From positions 78,680-142,679 of the forward strand of contig JBBAWB010000005.1 of assembly GCA_040397385.1 (NCBI GenBank): 64,000 nt of DNA. The letters run 5' to 3'. Position numbers and translations under genes: made by a program. Of this stretch, positions 35,457 through 44,834 are shown piece after piece. How positions within the stretch are numbered: position 1 is the first letter of the stretch; each line of letters opens with the position of its first letter. Below the pieces are notes generated by a model. It worked only from the letters and a program-made list of their open reading frames with translations, ran no database searches and was not told where the DNA came from. The stretch is from Candidatus Methylacidiphilales bacterium. GTDB taxonomy: Bacteria; Verrucomicrobiota; Verrucomicrobiia; Methylacidiphilales; Verrucolacustridaceae.

Positions 35457-36536
35457 ATGTCGTGCCTTTTCGCTCCCCTTCAACTGGGACCCCTGCACAT
35501 TCCCCATCGGGTCTTGATGGCCCCACTTACGCGATGCCGATCCTCACCAGGGAACATTCCCAATGATCTCAACGCCGAATATTACCGCCAACGCGCTTCC
35601 GCTGGACTGATCATTGGCGAAGCTACCTCCGTCTCCCCTTTCGGCTACGGCTATCCCAACACTCCAGGGATCCACACCCCAGAACAGGTCGCAGGATGGA
35701 AGAAAGTTGTCCAAGCCGTTCACTCCGCTGGAGGCCAGATCTTTCTTCAGCTCTGGCACGTCGGACGAATCTCCCATCCCTGCTTTCAACCCAACGGCAT
35801 TCTACCCATCGCACCCTCCGCCATCCGACCCAAAGGACAGATCTTTACCGGAAAAGAGATGGTGGATTATGTCACCCCTCGTGCCCTGGCAATCTCCGAG
35901 CTCCCTGGGATCGTTGCCGAATACGTCCACGGGGCCAAACTCGCTAAGGAAGCTGGCTTCGATGGCGTGGAGATTCACAACGCTAATGGGTATCTTCTCG
36001 ACCAGTTTCTACGTAGTGGCACCAATCATCGAACCGACTCCTATGGTGGGTCCGTTTCGAATCGTTGCCGTCTCACCCTCGAAGTCGCTCAAGCCGTCAT
36101 TCAGGTTTGGGGTGCCGATCGTGTCGGCATCCGCATCTCTCCCTGTGGAGTTTTTAATGAGATGCACGATGACAACCCCATCGAAACCTTCAGCCACCTT
36201 CTGCAGGAACTAAGCAAACTCAAGATTCTCTATGCTCACATTACCTGTCTCACCGAGCAAGATATCCGACATGGAGCTAAAGCAGGTGTCGGCCCAAAAG
36301 AACTCCGTAAGTTTTTCCAAGGATCCGTGATCACGGCAGGCGGATTTACCAGACAATCTGGCGAGGAGGCGATTACCGAAGGCTGGGCTGATGCGATCTG
36401 TTACGGGGTTCCCTTCTTAGCCAACCCCGATCTTCCAGAACGACTCTGGATGAACGCCCCCCTCAATCCACCAGACCAGACAACCTTCTACGCCTCAGGC
36501 CCCAAAGGCTACACCGACTACCCCACCCTTTCCTGA
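35457..36536 (+). CDS. nemA: Old Yellow Enzyme-family NAD(P)H:flavin oxidoreductase (N-ethylmaleimide reductase-like)
   Basis: 359 aa, collinear by eye with E. coli NemA: 'MAPLTRCRS', 'EYYRQRASAGLIIGEAT', 'LQLWHVGRISH', 'HNANGYLLDQFL', 'NHRTDSYGGSV', ending 'GYTDYPTLS'. Confidence 0.92.
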   Translation: MSCLFAPLQLGPLHIPHRVLMAPLTRCRSSPGNIPNDLNAEYYRQRASAGLIIGEATSVSPFGYGYPNTPGIHTPEQVAGWKKVVQAVHSAGGQIFLQLWHVGRISHPCFQPNGILPIAPSAIRPKGQIFTGKEMVDYVTPRALAISELPGIVAEYVHGAKLAKEAGFDGVEIHNANGYLLDQFLRSGTNHRTDSYGGSVSNRCRLTLEVAQAVIQVWGADRVGIRISPCGVFNEMHDDNPIETFSHLLQELSKLKILYAHITCLTEQDIRHGAKAGVGPKELRKFFQGSVITAGGFTRQSGEEAITEGWADAICYGVPFLANPDLPERLWMNAPLNPPDQTTFYASGPKGYTDYPTLS

Positions 36537-36560
36537 TTTCTCCTCTTTCTCTATCCACCC

Positions 36561-36574
36561 CCCGCAATTGCGGG
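36561..36574 (+). terminator. small GC hairpin after nemA (weak terminator candidate)
   Basis: CCCGCAATTGCGGG is perfectly self-complementary (5-bp GC stem, AATT loop). It lies 25 nt after the nemA stop, and no T-tract follows. Confidence 0.25.
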
Positions 36575-36763
36575 ACTCAAACCACAAAACCTAGGTAGGG
36601 CGGGCTGTCCCTAGCACGCCTGCGCTCAATTCTGTGTGCCCAATCGCCCAGCTAGGCGGCCTCGGAGATGCCGCCGCTACCTAGACCTCCAACTTTAAAA
36701 CCACCCGCCCGTCCCGGGCGCCCTTCGAAGTAACGCGTCTGCGGAACGTAGTAGGGTTCGCGT

Positions 36764-36907
36764 CCTTTCCGTCCTTAGCGGCCTTGGCGTGAGCAATCTC
36801 TTCTCAATCAAAAATTAAACATTCAAAATTAAAAATCATCCCCTTTCCGACCTTAGCGGCCTTGGCGTGAGCTCTCTCCAATTCCCCTTTGCGGGCTTGG
36901 CGTGAGG
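36764..36907 (+). repeat. three copies of a short direct repeat (core GGC(C)TTGGCGTGAG) in the nemA-uvrA intergenic region
   Basis: Copy 1 at 36764-36794 is CCTTTCCGTCCTTAGCGGCCTTGGCGTGAGC. Copy 2 at 36842-36872 is identical except for one base (T to A). Copy 3 at 36886-36907 is the degenerate CCTTTGCGGGCTTGGCGTGAG. An AT-rich spacer (AAAAATTAAACATTCAAAATTAAAAATC) lies between copies 1 and 2. Confidence 0.6.
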
Positions 36908-36956
36908 AATTTCTGTTATTTGTGCTCAGCCCACTTCGGGCTAGCTTTCCCACCCC

Positions 36957-39900
36957 ATGCAATCCTCAGGTTCCATCCGCATCGAAGGAGCCCGCCAGAA
37001 TAATTTAAAAAATCTAACCTTCGATCTCCCCCTAGGCGTCTTTCACGTACTCACCGGCCCATCAGGATCAGGTAAATCCTCCCTCGCCTTCGATACTCTT
37101 TACGCCGAAGGCCAACGCCGCTACGCCGAAACCTTCAGCCCCTATACCCGCCAGTTCCTCGAACGCATGGACCGCCCCCGCGTCGATCGAATCGAGGGTA
37201 TCCCCCCAGCCATTGCCCTCAGCCAAGGTAACCCTGTCCGCTCCTCCCGCAGCACCATCGGTACCGTCACCGAAATCGCCGACCACCTCAAACTTATCTT
37301 TCCCCGCCTCGCTAAACTCACCTGCCCCGACTGCTCCCAACCCATCCGCCCCTGGACCCCCCAATCCATTCTTCAAGACCTTCTTTCCCAATACGCCGAT
37401 CAAGAGGCCTGGTTTCTTTTTCGCATTCCTTTTCCTCAAAAAACTCCCCCCGACGAAGCCGCCGCCTTCCTCACCCGCCAAGGTTTCCGTCGCATTCTCC
37501 TTCAAAGCCAGCCCCATCGCCTCGACGAAGCCACAGGCCTCGAAGCCCTCGCCCAGGCTTTCGCCTCAACCCCCACCGACAAGAACCTCCTCGTCCTCGT
37601 CATCCAAGATCGTCTCACCCTCTCCACCTCCGCCAAACCTCGGCTCACCGAAGCCATCACCTCCTGCCTTCGCTACGGCAAAGGAGTCCTCGCCATCGCC
37701 CTCACCCGCACTCCAACTCATCCCCATCTCTACTCCGACCGCTACTTCTGCCCACGCGATGAGCGCGATTTCCATGAACCCATCCCCGCCTTATTCTCCT
37801 TCAACCATCCCCTCGGCGCCTGCCCCGCCTGCCGGGGCTTTGGTCGGATTATTGAAATCGATGAGTCCCTCGCCCTCCCCGACCGCCAACTCACCATCGC
37901 AGGAGGCGTGGTCAAACCTTGGCAAACCAACGCCTACGAAGAATGCCAGCAGTCCCTCGAAAAAGCCTGCCGCCGACGCGAAATCCCGCTCGAAGTTCCT
38001 TTCGACGAACTCACCCCCGACCAACAATCCTTTGTCATCGAAGGAGAGGGAGGCAGCACCCGCGCCCTGCCCGAACTCTGGGATTCTGGCGACTGGTACG
38101 GAGTCCGCGGCTTCTTCCGCTGGCTCGAAACCAAAACCTACAAAATGCACGTCCGCATGCTTCTCTCCCGCTACCGCGCTTACCGCATCTGCCCCGACTG
38201 TTCGGGCCATCGCTACCGCCCCGAGACCGGTTACTGGCACCTCGCAGGCAAAACCATGCCCGAACTCAATTCTCTCTCTCTGGCCGAACTCTCTGATCTC
38301 CTCCAAAAAGTAAAAACAAAAGATGCCTCCGTCCAAGCCCCTCTCACCAATATTCGTCACCGCCTCCGCTACCTGATCAGTGTGGGCCTCGGCTACCTCA
38401 CGCTTGACCGACCCACCCGCACTCTCTCAGGTGGCGAACTTCAACGCGTCAACCTCACCGACTGCCTCGGCACCGGTCTCACCGGTACTCTCTTCGTCCT
38501 CGATGAACCCAGTATCGGCCTCCATCCTCGCGATACGGGTCGCCTCCTCGACCTCCTTCGCGAACTCCGCGCTGCTGGTAATACCGTCCTCGTCGTAGAA
38601 CACGACGAAACCGTCATTCGCTCCGCCGAAAATATTCTCGAACTGGGCCCAGGCGCGGGCGCCGAAGGTGGCCACCTCCTCTACTCAGGCCCCCCATCAG
38701 GATTAGCGCAAATCGCAAACTCGCCCACCGGCGCCTACCTCGCAGGTCGACGCTCCATCCCTGTGCCCAATCCACGCCGGCCCTGCCCAGAAAAAGATCA
38801 CCCGTGGATCCACGTCAAAGGCGCCACCTGCCACAACATAAATAATCTCTCAGCCGCTTTCCCCCTCCGCCGACTCGTCGCCGTCTCTGGCGTCAGCGGG
38901 TCAGGTAAAAGCACCTTCGTCCACGAAATCATCCACAAAACTCTCCTCCACCGCATGGGCCGTGCTGTCGAAAATCCCCCCTCTATTAAATCGCTCAAAG
39001 GCGCCGATGAAATTTCCGATGTCGTCTTAGTCGACCAATCCCCTCTCACCCAAACCCCACGCTCCACCCCCCTTCTCTACCTCGACATCTACGACCTCGT
39101 CCGCGAACTCTACGCCTCCACCGAAGAAGCCCAAAGCGCAGGCCTCCCCGCATCCGCCTTCTCCTTCAACGCAGGCGCAGGTCGTTGCGAGCGATGCGGA
39201 GGCATGGGCTACGAAAAGATTTCTATGCAGTTTCTCTCTGACGTTTTCGTCACATGCCCCGCTTGCGAAGGTCAACGCTTTCAACCCCACGTCCTCCTCG
39301 CCCGCTACCTCGACAAATCGATTCATGAACTCCTCGAAATGACCGCTTCTCAAGCCCTACTTCATTTCGCCCCACGCGATAACCTCACCCCCCGCGCCCG
39401 CGAGTGCCATGAGAAAATCGTCACTTCCCTCATTCTCCTCGCTGAAGTCGGTCTTGGGTACCTTCGTTGTGGCCAACCTCTCAGCCAACTCTCAGGCGGA
39501 GAAGCCCAACGACTTAAACTTGTCGCCCATCTGGCCCCCCAGAAAAAAGAGAAAGAAACTCCCAAAAAAGGCCGCGACAAAAACTCTGCCACACCCACCA
39601 ACACTTCCCCTCTTCTCATCCTCGATGAACCTACCACCGGTCTTCACCTCGATGATGTCGCCCTCCTTATTACTCTACTCCACCGACTAGTCGACCAAGG
39701 TGCCTCCCTTCTTGTCATCGAGCACCATCTCGATGTTATCAAAAATGCCGACTGGGTCCTCGATCTCGGCCCAGAAGCAGGAGCGGAAGGCGGAAAACTC
39801 ATCGCCTCTGGCCCACCCGAAACTATTGCTGCCTGCCGCACCAGCCCCACCGCAACCTATCTCGCTCCGCTCCTGAGCAAAACTCCCACCCGCTCTCTTC

Positions 39901-42578
39901 GACTCCACGAAGAACCTGCCCCGCATCACCCCAAGAAAAATGGACATGCTCCTTTAGAAATTTCCGTCCGCGGCGCTCGCCATCACAATCTAAAGAATTT
40001 CGACCTTCAAGTTCCCCGCAATCAAATGGTCGTCGTCACCGGCCTTTCTGGTTCCGGCAAAAGCACCCTCGCCTTCGATCTTCTCTTCAGCGAAGGCCAG
40101 CGTCGCTACCTCGATTGCCTCAACACCTATGCTCGCCAGTTCGTCGAACAACTCGAGAAACCGGATGTAGATTCCATCACCGGACTTCCTCCCGCCGTCG
40201 CTATCGAACAGCGCACCACCCGCGGCGGTCGTAAATCAACCGTCGCCACCGTCACTGAGCTCTACCAGTTCCTTCGCCTTCTCTACGCTAAACTTGGAGC
40301 CCAACACGATCCTAAGACTGGAGAAGTTGCTGTTCGCCAAACCTCCGCCGATATCGTCCTTCGCATCCGCCGCCAACTCCGCTCCTCCAAACGCCTCGAT
40401 CTCCTTGCCCCTCTTATTCGTGGACGAAAAGGCTTCCATACCGAAGTCGCACGCTGGGCCGTAAAAAAAGGCTTTAAACTTCTTCGCGTCGACGGGAAGT
40501 GGATCGATCCCGCAAAGTTCGAACCGCTCGACCGCTATAAAGAGCACCAAATCGAACTGCTTGTCGCCCAACTCGCCCCAGGTCGCCAAGATATCCCGGC
40601 CCTCGTCTCTCAAACTCTCACCCTCGGCAAAGGCACTCTCTACGCCATTGATTCCTCAGGGAAGTCCACCATCTACAGCCACCACCTCTTCTGCCCCGGC
40701 TCAGGTCGCTCCTTCGACGAGCTCGATCCCCGTCTCTTCTCCTTCAATAGCCCACACGGTTGGTGCGTCACCTGCCAAGGCTACGGCTCTCTCCTTTCCA
40801 AACCACCAGAACTCGACTCCCACGACGAAGCTGAAAATGAGCAGCAACTGGAACTCGCTCGGGAAGCTCTCGAAGAACGCGACCTCTTGCCCTGCCCTGA
40901 CTGCCACGGCGCCCGCCTCAATCCTATCGCGCGTGCGGTTCGTTTCGGCGGAAAACCCATTCCAGAAATTAACTCTCTTTCCGTTCACGATTTTCAGGAG
41001 TTTTTCTCTCAACTCAAATTCACCGGCCGGGAAGCTGCCATTGTCCGTGATATTCAACCCGAAATCCTCCAACGCCTAACCTTCCTCCGCGAAGTCGGTC
41101 TCGAATACCTCAATCTCGACCGTTCTGCCCCCACTCTTTCAGGAGGCGAATCCCAACGGATCCGCCTCGCCTCGCAACTCGGTTCGAATCTCCAAGGCGT
41201 ACTCTACGTCCTCGATGAACCAACCATCGGTCTCCACCCTCGCGACAATCAAAAGCTTCTCGGTATCCTCCGTGGCCTTCGTGACCGAGGTAACTCCCTC
41301 CTTGTCGTCGAACATGACGAAGACACCATGCGCGCTGCCGACCATATCATCGATCTCGGTCCAGGCGCAGGGGTCCATGGGGGAGAAATTGTCGCTCAAG
41401 GAACTTGGCAACAGATCGGCTCCTCCGAAACCTCTGCCACTACCCGCCTCCTAGGAGAACCTATCCACCATCCTGCCCGCGGAAAGCGTCGCCCTATCGA
41501 TACCTCGGTTACGTGGTTGACCGTCAAGAGTGCCAAGGCCCGCAATATTCATGGGATCGATGTGGCCATCCCCATGCACCGCTTGACCGCCCTCTCGGGC
41601 GTCAGCGGTTCAGGCAAAAGCACTTTCGTCCGCGAAATCATCGTTCCTGCCACCTCCCCCGAGCGAAAAAAGAAAGACCCTCGCTGGAGTTCCGTCCATG
41701 GCGCCGAGACGATCGATCGAGTAGTGGAAGTCGACCAATCACCTATTGGAAAAACCTCACGCTCCACCGTTGCCACCTACCTCGGTCTGATGGACGACCT
41801 TCGTACCCTTTACGCCAACCTTCCCGCGGCCAAGCAGGCGGGCTTCACCGCTTCCCACTTCTCTCATAATGCGGGGCCAGGACGCTGCGCCGCTTGTGAC
41901 GGTGCAGGAATGGTTCGCGTGCAAATGAGCTTCCTCCCACCCGCCGATGTTCGGTGCGAAGAGTGTAACGGCCTGCGTTGGAAGCCAGAGATTCTTGCGA
42001 TGCACTATCGGGATATCTCCATCCAACAAGCCCTCGCCCTTTCCGCTGAGCAAGCCGCCGAATTCTTTGCTCCACACCCTCGCATCGCTACTCCCTGTCG
42101 GCTCATGTCCGAAACAGGCCTCGGCTACCTTCAGCTAGGCCAAACCAGCCCGACTCTTTCAGGGGGCGAAGCCCAACGCCTAAAACTTGTCACCGAGCTT
42201 GCGGCCGCCCAGATCGCCGCCGATCACGCCCATATGAAAGGCCGGGCTCGCCGCCCTGCCCACCATCTCTTTCTTTTGGAAGAACCCACCGTGGGGCTCC
42301 ACCTCGCCGATGTCCGCCGACTACTCGACCTGATGCATCGACTGGTCGATTCAGGACACAGCGTTGTCGTCATCGAACATCATCTCGATGTCTTAGCGGA
42401 AGCGGACTACCTCATCGATATCGGCCCAGAAAGTGGTGAAGACGGAGGAACCATCATGTCCCAAGGAACCCCCGAGCACGTCGCTTCATCCAAAACCTCC
42501 CGCACTGCCCCCTTCCTCCGCACTCATCTTGACCGCTCCAGCAAACATAAAACGAAAAAAGTCCTAGAACCCGCTTAA
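36957..42578 (+). CDS. uvrA: tandem-duplicated (fused double) UvrA excinuclease ATPase, 1873 aa
   Basis: It is two complete UvrA-like modules in one ORF. Module 1 (about aa 1-960): 'GPSGSGKSSLAFDTLYAEGQRRY', 'LSGGELQRVNL', 'LDEPSIGLH', second ATPase 'GVSGSGKST', 'LSGGEAQRLKL', 'LDEPTTGLH'. Module 2 (about aa 1000-1873): 'GLSGSGKSTLAFDLLFSEGQRRY', 'LSGGESQRIRLA', 'LDEPTIGLH', 'GVSGSGKST', 'LSGGEAQRLKLV', 'LEEPTVGLH'. Both modules carry CxxC zinc modules. Confidence 0.93.
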   Translation: MQSSGSIRIEGARQNNLKNLTFDLPLGVFHVLTGPSGSGKSSLAFDTLYAEGQRRYAETFSPYTRQFLERMDRPRVDRIEGIPPAIALSQGNPVRSSRSTIGTVTEIADHLKLIFPRLAKLTCPDCSQPIRPWTPQSILQDLLSQYADQEAWFLFRIPFPQKTPPDEAAAFLTRQGFRRILLQSQPHRLDEATGLEALAQAFASTPTDKNLLVLVIQDRLTLSTSAKPRLTEAITSCLRYGKGVLAIALTRTPTHPHLYSDRYFCPRDERDFHEPIPALFSFNHPLGACPACRGFGRIIEIDESLALPDRQLTIAGGVVKPWQTNAYEECQQSLEKACRRREIPLEVPFDELTPDQQSFVIEGEGGSTRALPELWDSGDWYGVRGFFRWLETKTYKMHVRMLLSRYRAYRICPDCSGHRYRPETGYWHLAGKTMPELNSLSLAELSDLLQKVKTKDASVQAPLTNIRHRLRYLISVGLGYLTLDRPTRTLSGGELQRVNLTDCLGTGLTGTLFVLDEPSIGLHPRDTGRLLDLLRELRAAGNTVLVVEHDETVIRSAENILELGPGAGAEGGHLLYSGPPSGLAQIANSPTGAYLAGRRSIPVPNPRRPCPEKDHPWIHVKGATCHNINNLSAAFPLRRLVAVSGVSGSGKSTFVHEIIHKTLLHRMGRAVENPPSIKSLKGADEISDVVLVDQSPLTQTPRSTPLLYLDIYDLVRELYASTEEAQSAGLPASAFSFNAGAGRCERCGGMGYEKISMQFLSDVFVTCPACEGQRFQPHVLLARYLDKSIHELLEMTASQALLHFAPRDNLTPRARECHEKIVTSLILLAEVGLGYLRCGQPLSQLSGGEAQRLKLVAHLAPQKKEKETPKKGRDKNSATPTNTSPLLILDEPTTGLHLDDVALLITLLHRLVDQGASLLVIEHHLDVIKNADWVLDLGPEAGAEGGKLIASGPPETIAACRTSPTATYLAPLLSKTPTRSLRLHEEPAPHHPKKNGHAPLEISVRGARHHNLKNFDLQVPRNQMVVVTGLSGSGKSTLAFDLLFSEGQRRYLDCLNTYARQFVEQLEKPDVDSITGLPPAVAIEQRTTRGGRKSTVATVTELYQFLRLLYAKLGAQHDPKTGEVAVRQTSADIVLRIRRQLRSSKRLDLLAPLIRGRKGFHTEVARWAVKKGFKLLRVDGKWIDPAKFEPLDRYKEHQIELLVAQLAPGRQDIPALVSQTLTLGKGTLYAIDSSGKSTIYSHHLFCPGSGRSFDELDPRLFSFNSPHGWCVTCQGYGSLLSKPPELDSHDEAENEQQLELAREALEERDLLPCPDCHGARLNPIARAVRFGGKPIPEINSLSVHDFQEFFSQLKFTGREAAIVRDIQPEILQRLTFLREVGLEYLNLDRSAPTLSGGESQRIRLASQLGSNLQGVLYVLDEPTIGLHPRDNQKLLGILRGLRDRGNSLLVVEHDEDTMRAADHIIDLGPGAGVHGGEIVAQGTWQQIGSSETSATTRLLGEPIHHPARGKRRPIDTSVTWLTVKSAKARNIHGIDVAIPMHRLTALSGVSGSGKSTFVREIIVPATSPERKKKDPRWSSVHGAETIDRVVEVDQSPIGKTSRSTVATYLGLMDDLRTLYANLPAAKQAGFTASHFSHNAGPGRCAACDGAGMVRVQMSFLPPADVRCEECNGLRWKPEILAMHYRDISIQQALALSAEQAAEFFAPHPRIATPCRLMSETGLGYLQLGQTSPTLSGGEAQRLKLVTELAAAQIAADHAHMKGRARRPAHHLFLLEEPTVGLHLADVRRLLDLMHRLVDSGHSVVVIEHHLDVLAEADYLIDIGPESGEDGGTIMSQGTPEHVASSKTSRTAPFLRTHLDRSSKHKTKKVLEPA

Positions 42579-42600
42579 CTTCCACCCAAACAGGCTGAAC

Positions 42601-42624
42601 ATTTCCTCAGCCTGAACTTCATCT
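42601..42624. terminator. hairpin between convergent uvrA and the UPF0104 gene (candidate bidirectional terminator)
   Basis: CAGGCTGA-ACATTTCC-TCAGCCTG forms a perfect 8-bp stem with an 8-nt loop, 23 nt after the uvrA stop. The T-tract is poor on the plus strand; TTT follows on the minus strand. Confidence 0.3.
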
Positions 42625-42662
42625 TCAAATCTACCCGCACCTCCTTGTCTCCAAACCTGACA

Positions 42663-43682
42663 TCACTTTCGCCCCACTCCCGCCACCAGATAAACCACTC
42701 CCCCTAAAAGATTCCACGCCAGAATCATGGCAAACCCGCCCAGAGAGATCGCCACCGCCTGCGGTGCGGCAATCGATAAAGTCCCCAAAAATGTCACGAA
42801 GGCCGCCTCCCGTAATCCCAACCCGTTCCACGTAATCGGCAGCACCGTTACCATCGCCACCATCGGTAAAACCGAAGCCAACGGCCAAAATTCCAATCCC
42901 GTCCCCACCGCACGCGAGACCGAATAAAAAAGCCCCACCAAGGCCAATTGCGCCAGCACACTCAGGAGCAATCCCACCCCTGCACCCACTGGATGGGTTA
43001 AACAGACATGACATGCCTCAGCTCCCTCTCCCGCCGCCTTTCTCCAATCTTCCCGACTCTTCCCACTTAAAATCTTTCCCGAAGCGGGATGAGCTAAAAT
43101 AGTCAGCAAAACAAAAAGAATTCCCGCAACCACCAAGAAAGCATAGGCCCCCGCCCGCGTCACTGGATGCATCATCAAATCGTTCCAGTGGGGCAGAATC
43201 AAAGCCGCCCCCACTGTAACCGTTGCCGTCAGGCCCAAGACCCTCTCCATCAAAATCGAAACTACTGCGGCGGGTCGCGCCAGCGGCGCATCTTTCGCCG
43301 CCCAGTAGGCCCGCATCACATCCCCTCCCATCACCCCAGGGAGAACACTGTTAAAAAATAGACCCGCCAACGAAAGTTGGGCTGTTCGCCCCCAGCCCAC
43401 CGCCACTCCCGCCACTTCTAAAAGTAGATGCCACCGCACAATCGAAATAATCACCACACATCCATAAGCCAAGAAGGCCATCCCCGCCCAAAGCCCATCG
43501 GCTCCCCGAACGATCTGCCCAAACTCTCTCCAGTTCAGCTTGTTTGCCAAAAACCATAGTGCTCCCGCCGTGAACAGCCCTCTCCCTATCCAACCCAGCC
43601 ATGCTTTCGTCATCTCCTTCATTTCCTTTGAACCTATGGATACTCCGCAAAAAACCAAGCTACTCGAGCACCCCTTCGACAA
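42663..43682 (-). CDS. UPF0104/flippase-like (lysylphosphatidylglycerol-synthase TM-domain family) membrane protein
   Basis: 339 aa and multi-TM. 'RWHLLL...LSLAGLFFNSVLPGVMGGDVMRAYW' is the family's conserved block. Start alternatives are at 43622 and 43613. Confidence 0.75.
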   Translation of the reverse strand: MSKGCSSSLVFCGVSIGSKEMKEMTKAWLGWIGRGLFTAGALWFLANKLNWREFGQIVRGADGLWAGMAFLAYGCVVIISIVRWHLLLEVAGVAVGWGRTAQLSLAGLFFNSVLPGVMGGDVMRAYWAAKDAPLARPAAVVSILMERVLGLTATVTVGAALILPHWNDLMMHPVTRAGAYAFLVVAGILFVLLTILAHPASGKILSGKSREDWRKAAGEGAEACHVCLTHPVGAGVGLLLSVLAQLALVGLFYSVSRAVGTGLEFWPLASVLPMVAMVTVLPITWNGLGLREAAFVTFLGTLSIAAPQAVAISLGGFAMILAWNLLGGVVYLVAGVGRK

Positions 43683-43746
43683 AGAAACCGCACAGATTCC
43701 ACTATTTTCCTCGAAGAAACCAACTTTACCTCCAATCTTAAGCTTG

Positions 43747-44163
43747 ATGCGTCACGCCCACTCCCCCGATGCCGACCCGCTCCGCCAAGCAGGTCTTAAA
43801 TCCACTCCAGGTCGCCGAACCGTCCTCAGCCTTCTCGAAAAAACCAGTACCCCTCTATCCCCCGACCAGATCTACGCCAAAGCCGGCTTCGCCACCTGCG
43901 ATCGCGCCACCGTCTACCGGATCCTCGACTCGCTCAGCGAGGCTGGCCTCGTCCAACGAGTCTCTCTCAAAGGAAAAACTTTCTACCTGCCCGAACAGTC
44001 CAACCACCATCATCACCACATCATTTGCCGAGAGTGCCGCTCCACCGTCTGCCTCGATCAGTGTCTAATCTCCCCCCTAGAAAAAAAAGCCCGCCAGCTC
44101 GGCTTCCACAACATCCGTCACACCCTGCAACTCACCGGTCTCTGCTCCAAGTGCTCGAGCTGA
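43747..44163 (+). CDS. Fur-family metalloregulator (Fur/Zur/PerR type not resolved)
   Basis: I trimmed it to the ATG at 43747 (138 aa). It has 'GLKSTPGRRTVLSLL', a winged helix 'ATVYRILDSLSEAGLV', a His run 'NHHHHHIICRECRS', and a second CxxC 'CSKC'. Confidence 0.85.
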   Translation: MRHAHSPDADPLRQAGLKSTPGRRTVLSLLEKTSTPLSPDQIYAKAGFATCDRATVYRILDSLSEAGLVQRVSLKGKTFYLPEQSNHHHHHIICRECRSTVCLDQCLISPLEKKARQLGFHNIRHTLQLTGLCSKCSS

Positions 44164-44208
44164 CACATTTCCGCTTCAGGCTCAGAGGTTGAAATTCGTT
44201 TCCGTCGT

Positions 44209-44730
44209 CTAGAGCAGTCCGTGCTTACGCAAATCACGCACATGCTCTCCGCCCGAAGCCAACACCATATCCAGGGAAAACTTAAGCAGACACACCTCCC
44301 ACCCATCATCTACTCCAGTTAAAACCGCCGCCAACGGATCCCCTTTGGCCTCAACCTCCGCCCGCACCTTATCCGCCACCTCCGCCAGTGCCCCCGTCAC
44401 ATCATATCTCCGCGTTTCATCTTTCCGAAAAGTAAAACCATACTTCAAGATCGCAATTTGCGAGGCAAACTCACTCACCGCATCCGCGTACTTTTCCGCC
44501 TTCTCGCCGAAACCATCCAGCATCAACTTGGCAAAATGATCAGGCGTGACCAACTCTGGCTTCTGCGCATGAATCCGACCCTCCCGCACCCGCATCCGAT
44601 TCACCGCATCCATCTCCTCCGTGATTAAATGATAATTCAACACCGTCGTCCCAAAAGTTTCTAAACGCCTTTGAGGAGCATGAATCACCTTGGTATTTTC
44701 CAAGGCATAATGAAAGTCATCGGGATTCAT
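44209..44730 (-). CDS. conserved hypothetical protein
   Basis: 173-aa ORF. Its G-ending codon usage fits minus-strand genes of this region. No family is recognised. Confidence 0.6.
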   Translation of the reverse strand: MNPDDFHYALENTKVIHAPQRRLETFGTTVLNYHLITEEMDAVNRMRVREGRIHAQKPELVTPDHFAKLMLDGFGEKAEKYADAVSEFASQIAILKYGFTFRKDETRRYDVTGALAEVADKVRAEVEAKGDPLAAVLTGVDDGWEVCLLKFSLDMVLASGGEHVRDLRKHGLL

Positions 44731-44834
44731 CGCACTGCTTAAGCTCCACTAGTTCCTGCATAAATCAACTGGTAGCATCTCTTCCCGACTAAATCCCCTC
44801 GCTTCAAATCTCCTCTTTCTGCTAACCCTAACTC

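Noticed and set aside
36764-36907. I considered whether the three direct repeats are a degenerate CRISPR array.
   Set aside because: There are only three copies, and the third is degenerate. The spacers are unequal (47 and 13 nt between copies), one spacer is a simple AT-rich tract, and no cas genes are in the window.
37213-38313. A 366-aa plus-strand ORF, and several other 100-190-aa ORFs on both strands, lie inside uvrA with Pro/Ser/Thr-rich translations.
   Set aside because: They are out of frame with a gene whose translation matches UvrA motif for motif. The low-complexity P/S/T or G/E-rich products are what the extreme C-richness of this strand yields in wrong frames.
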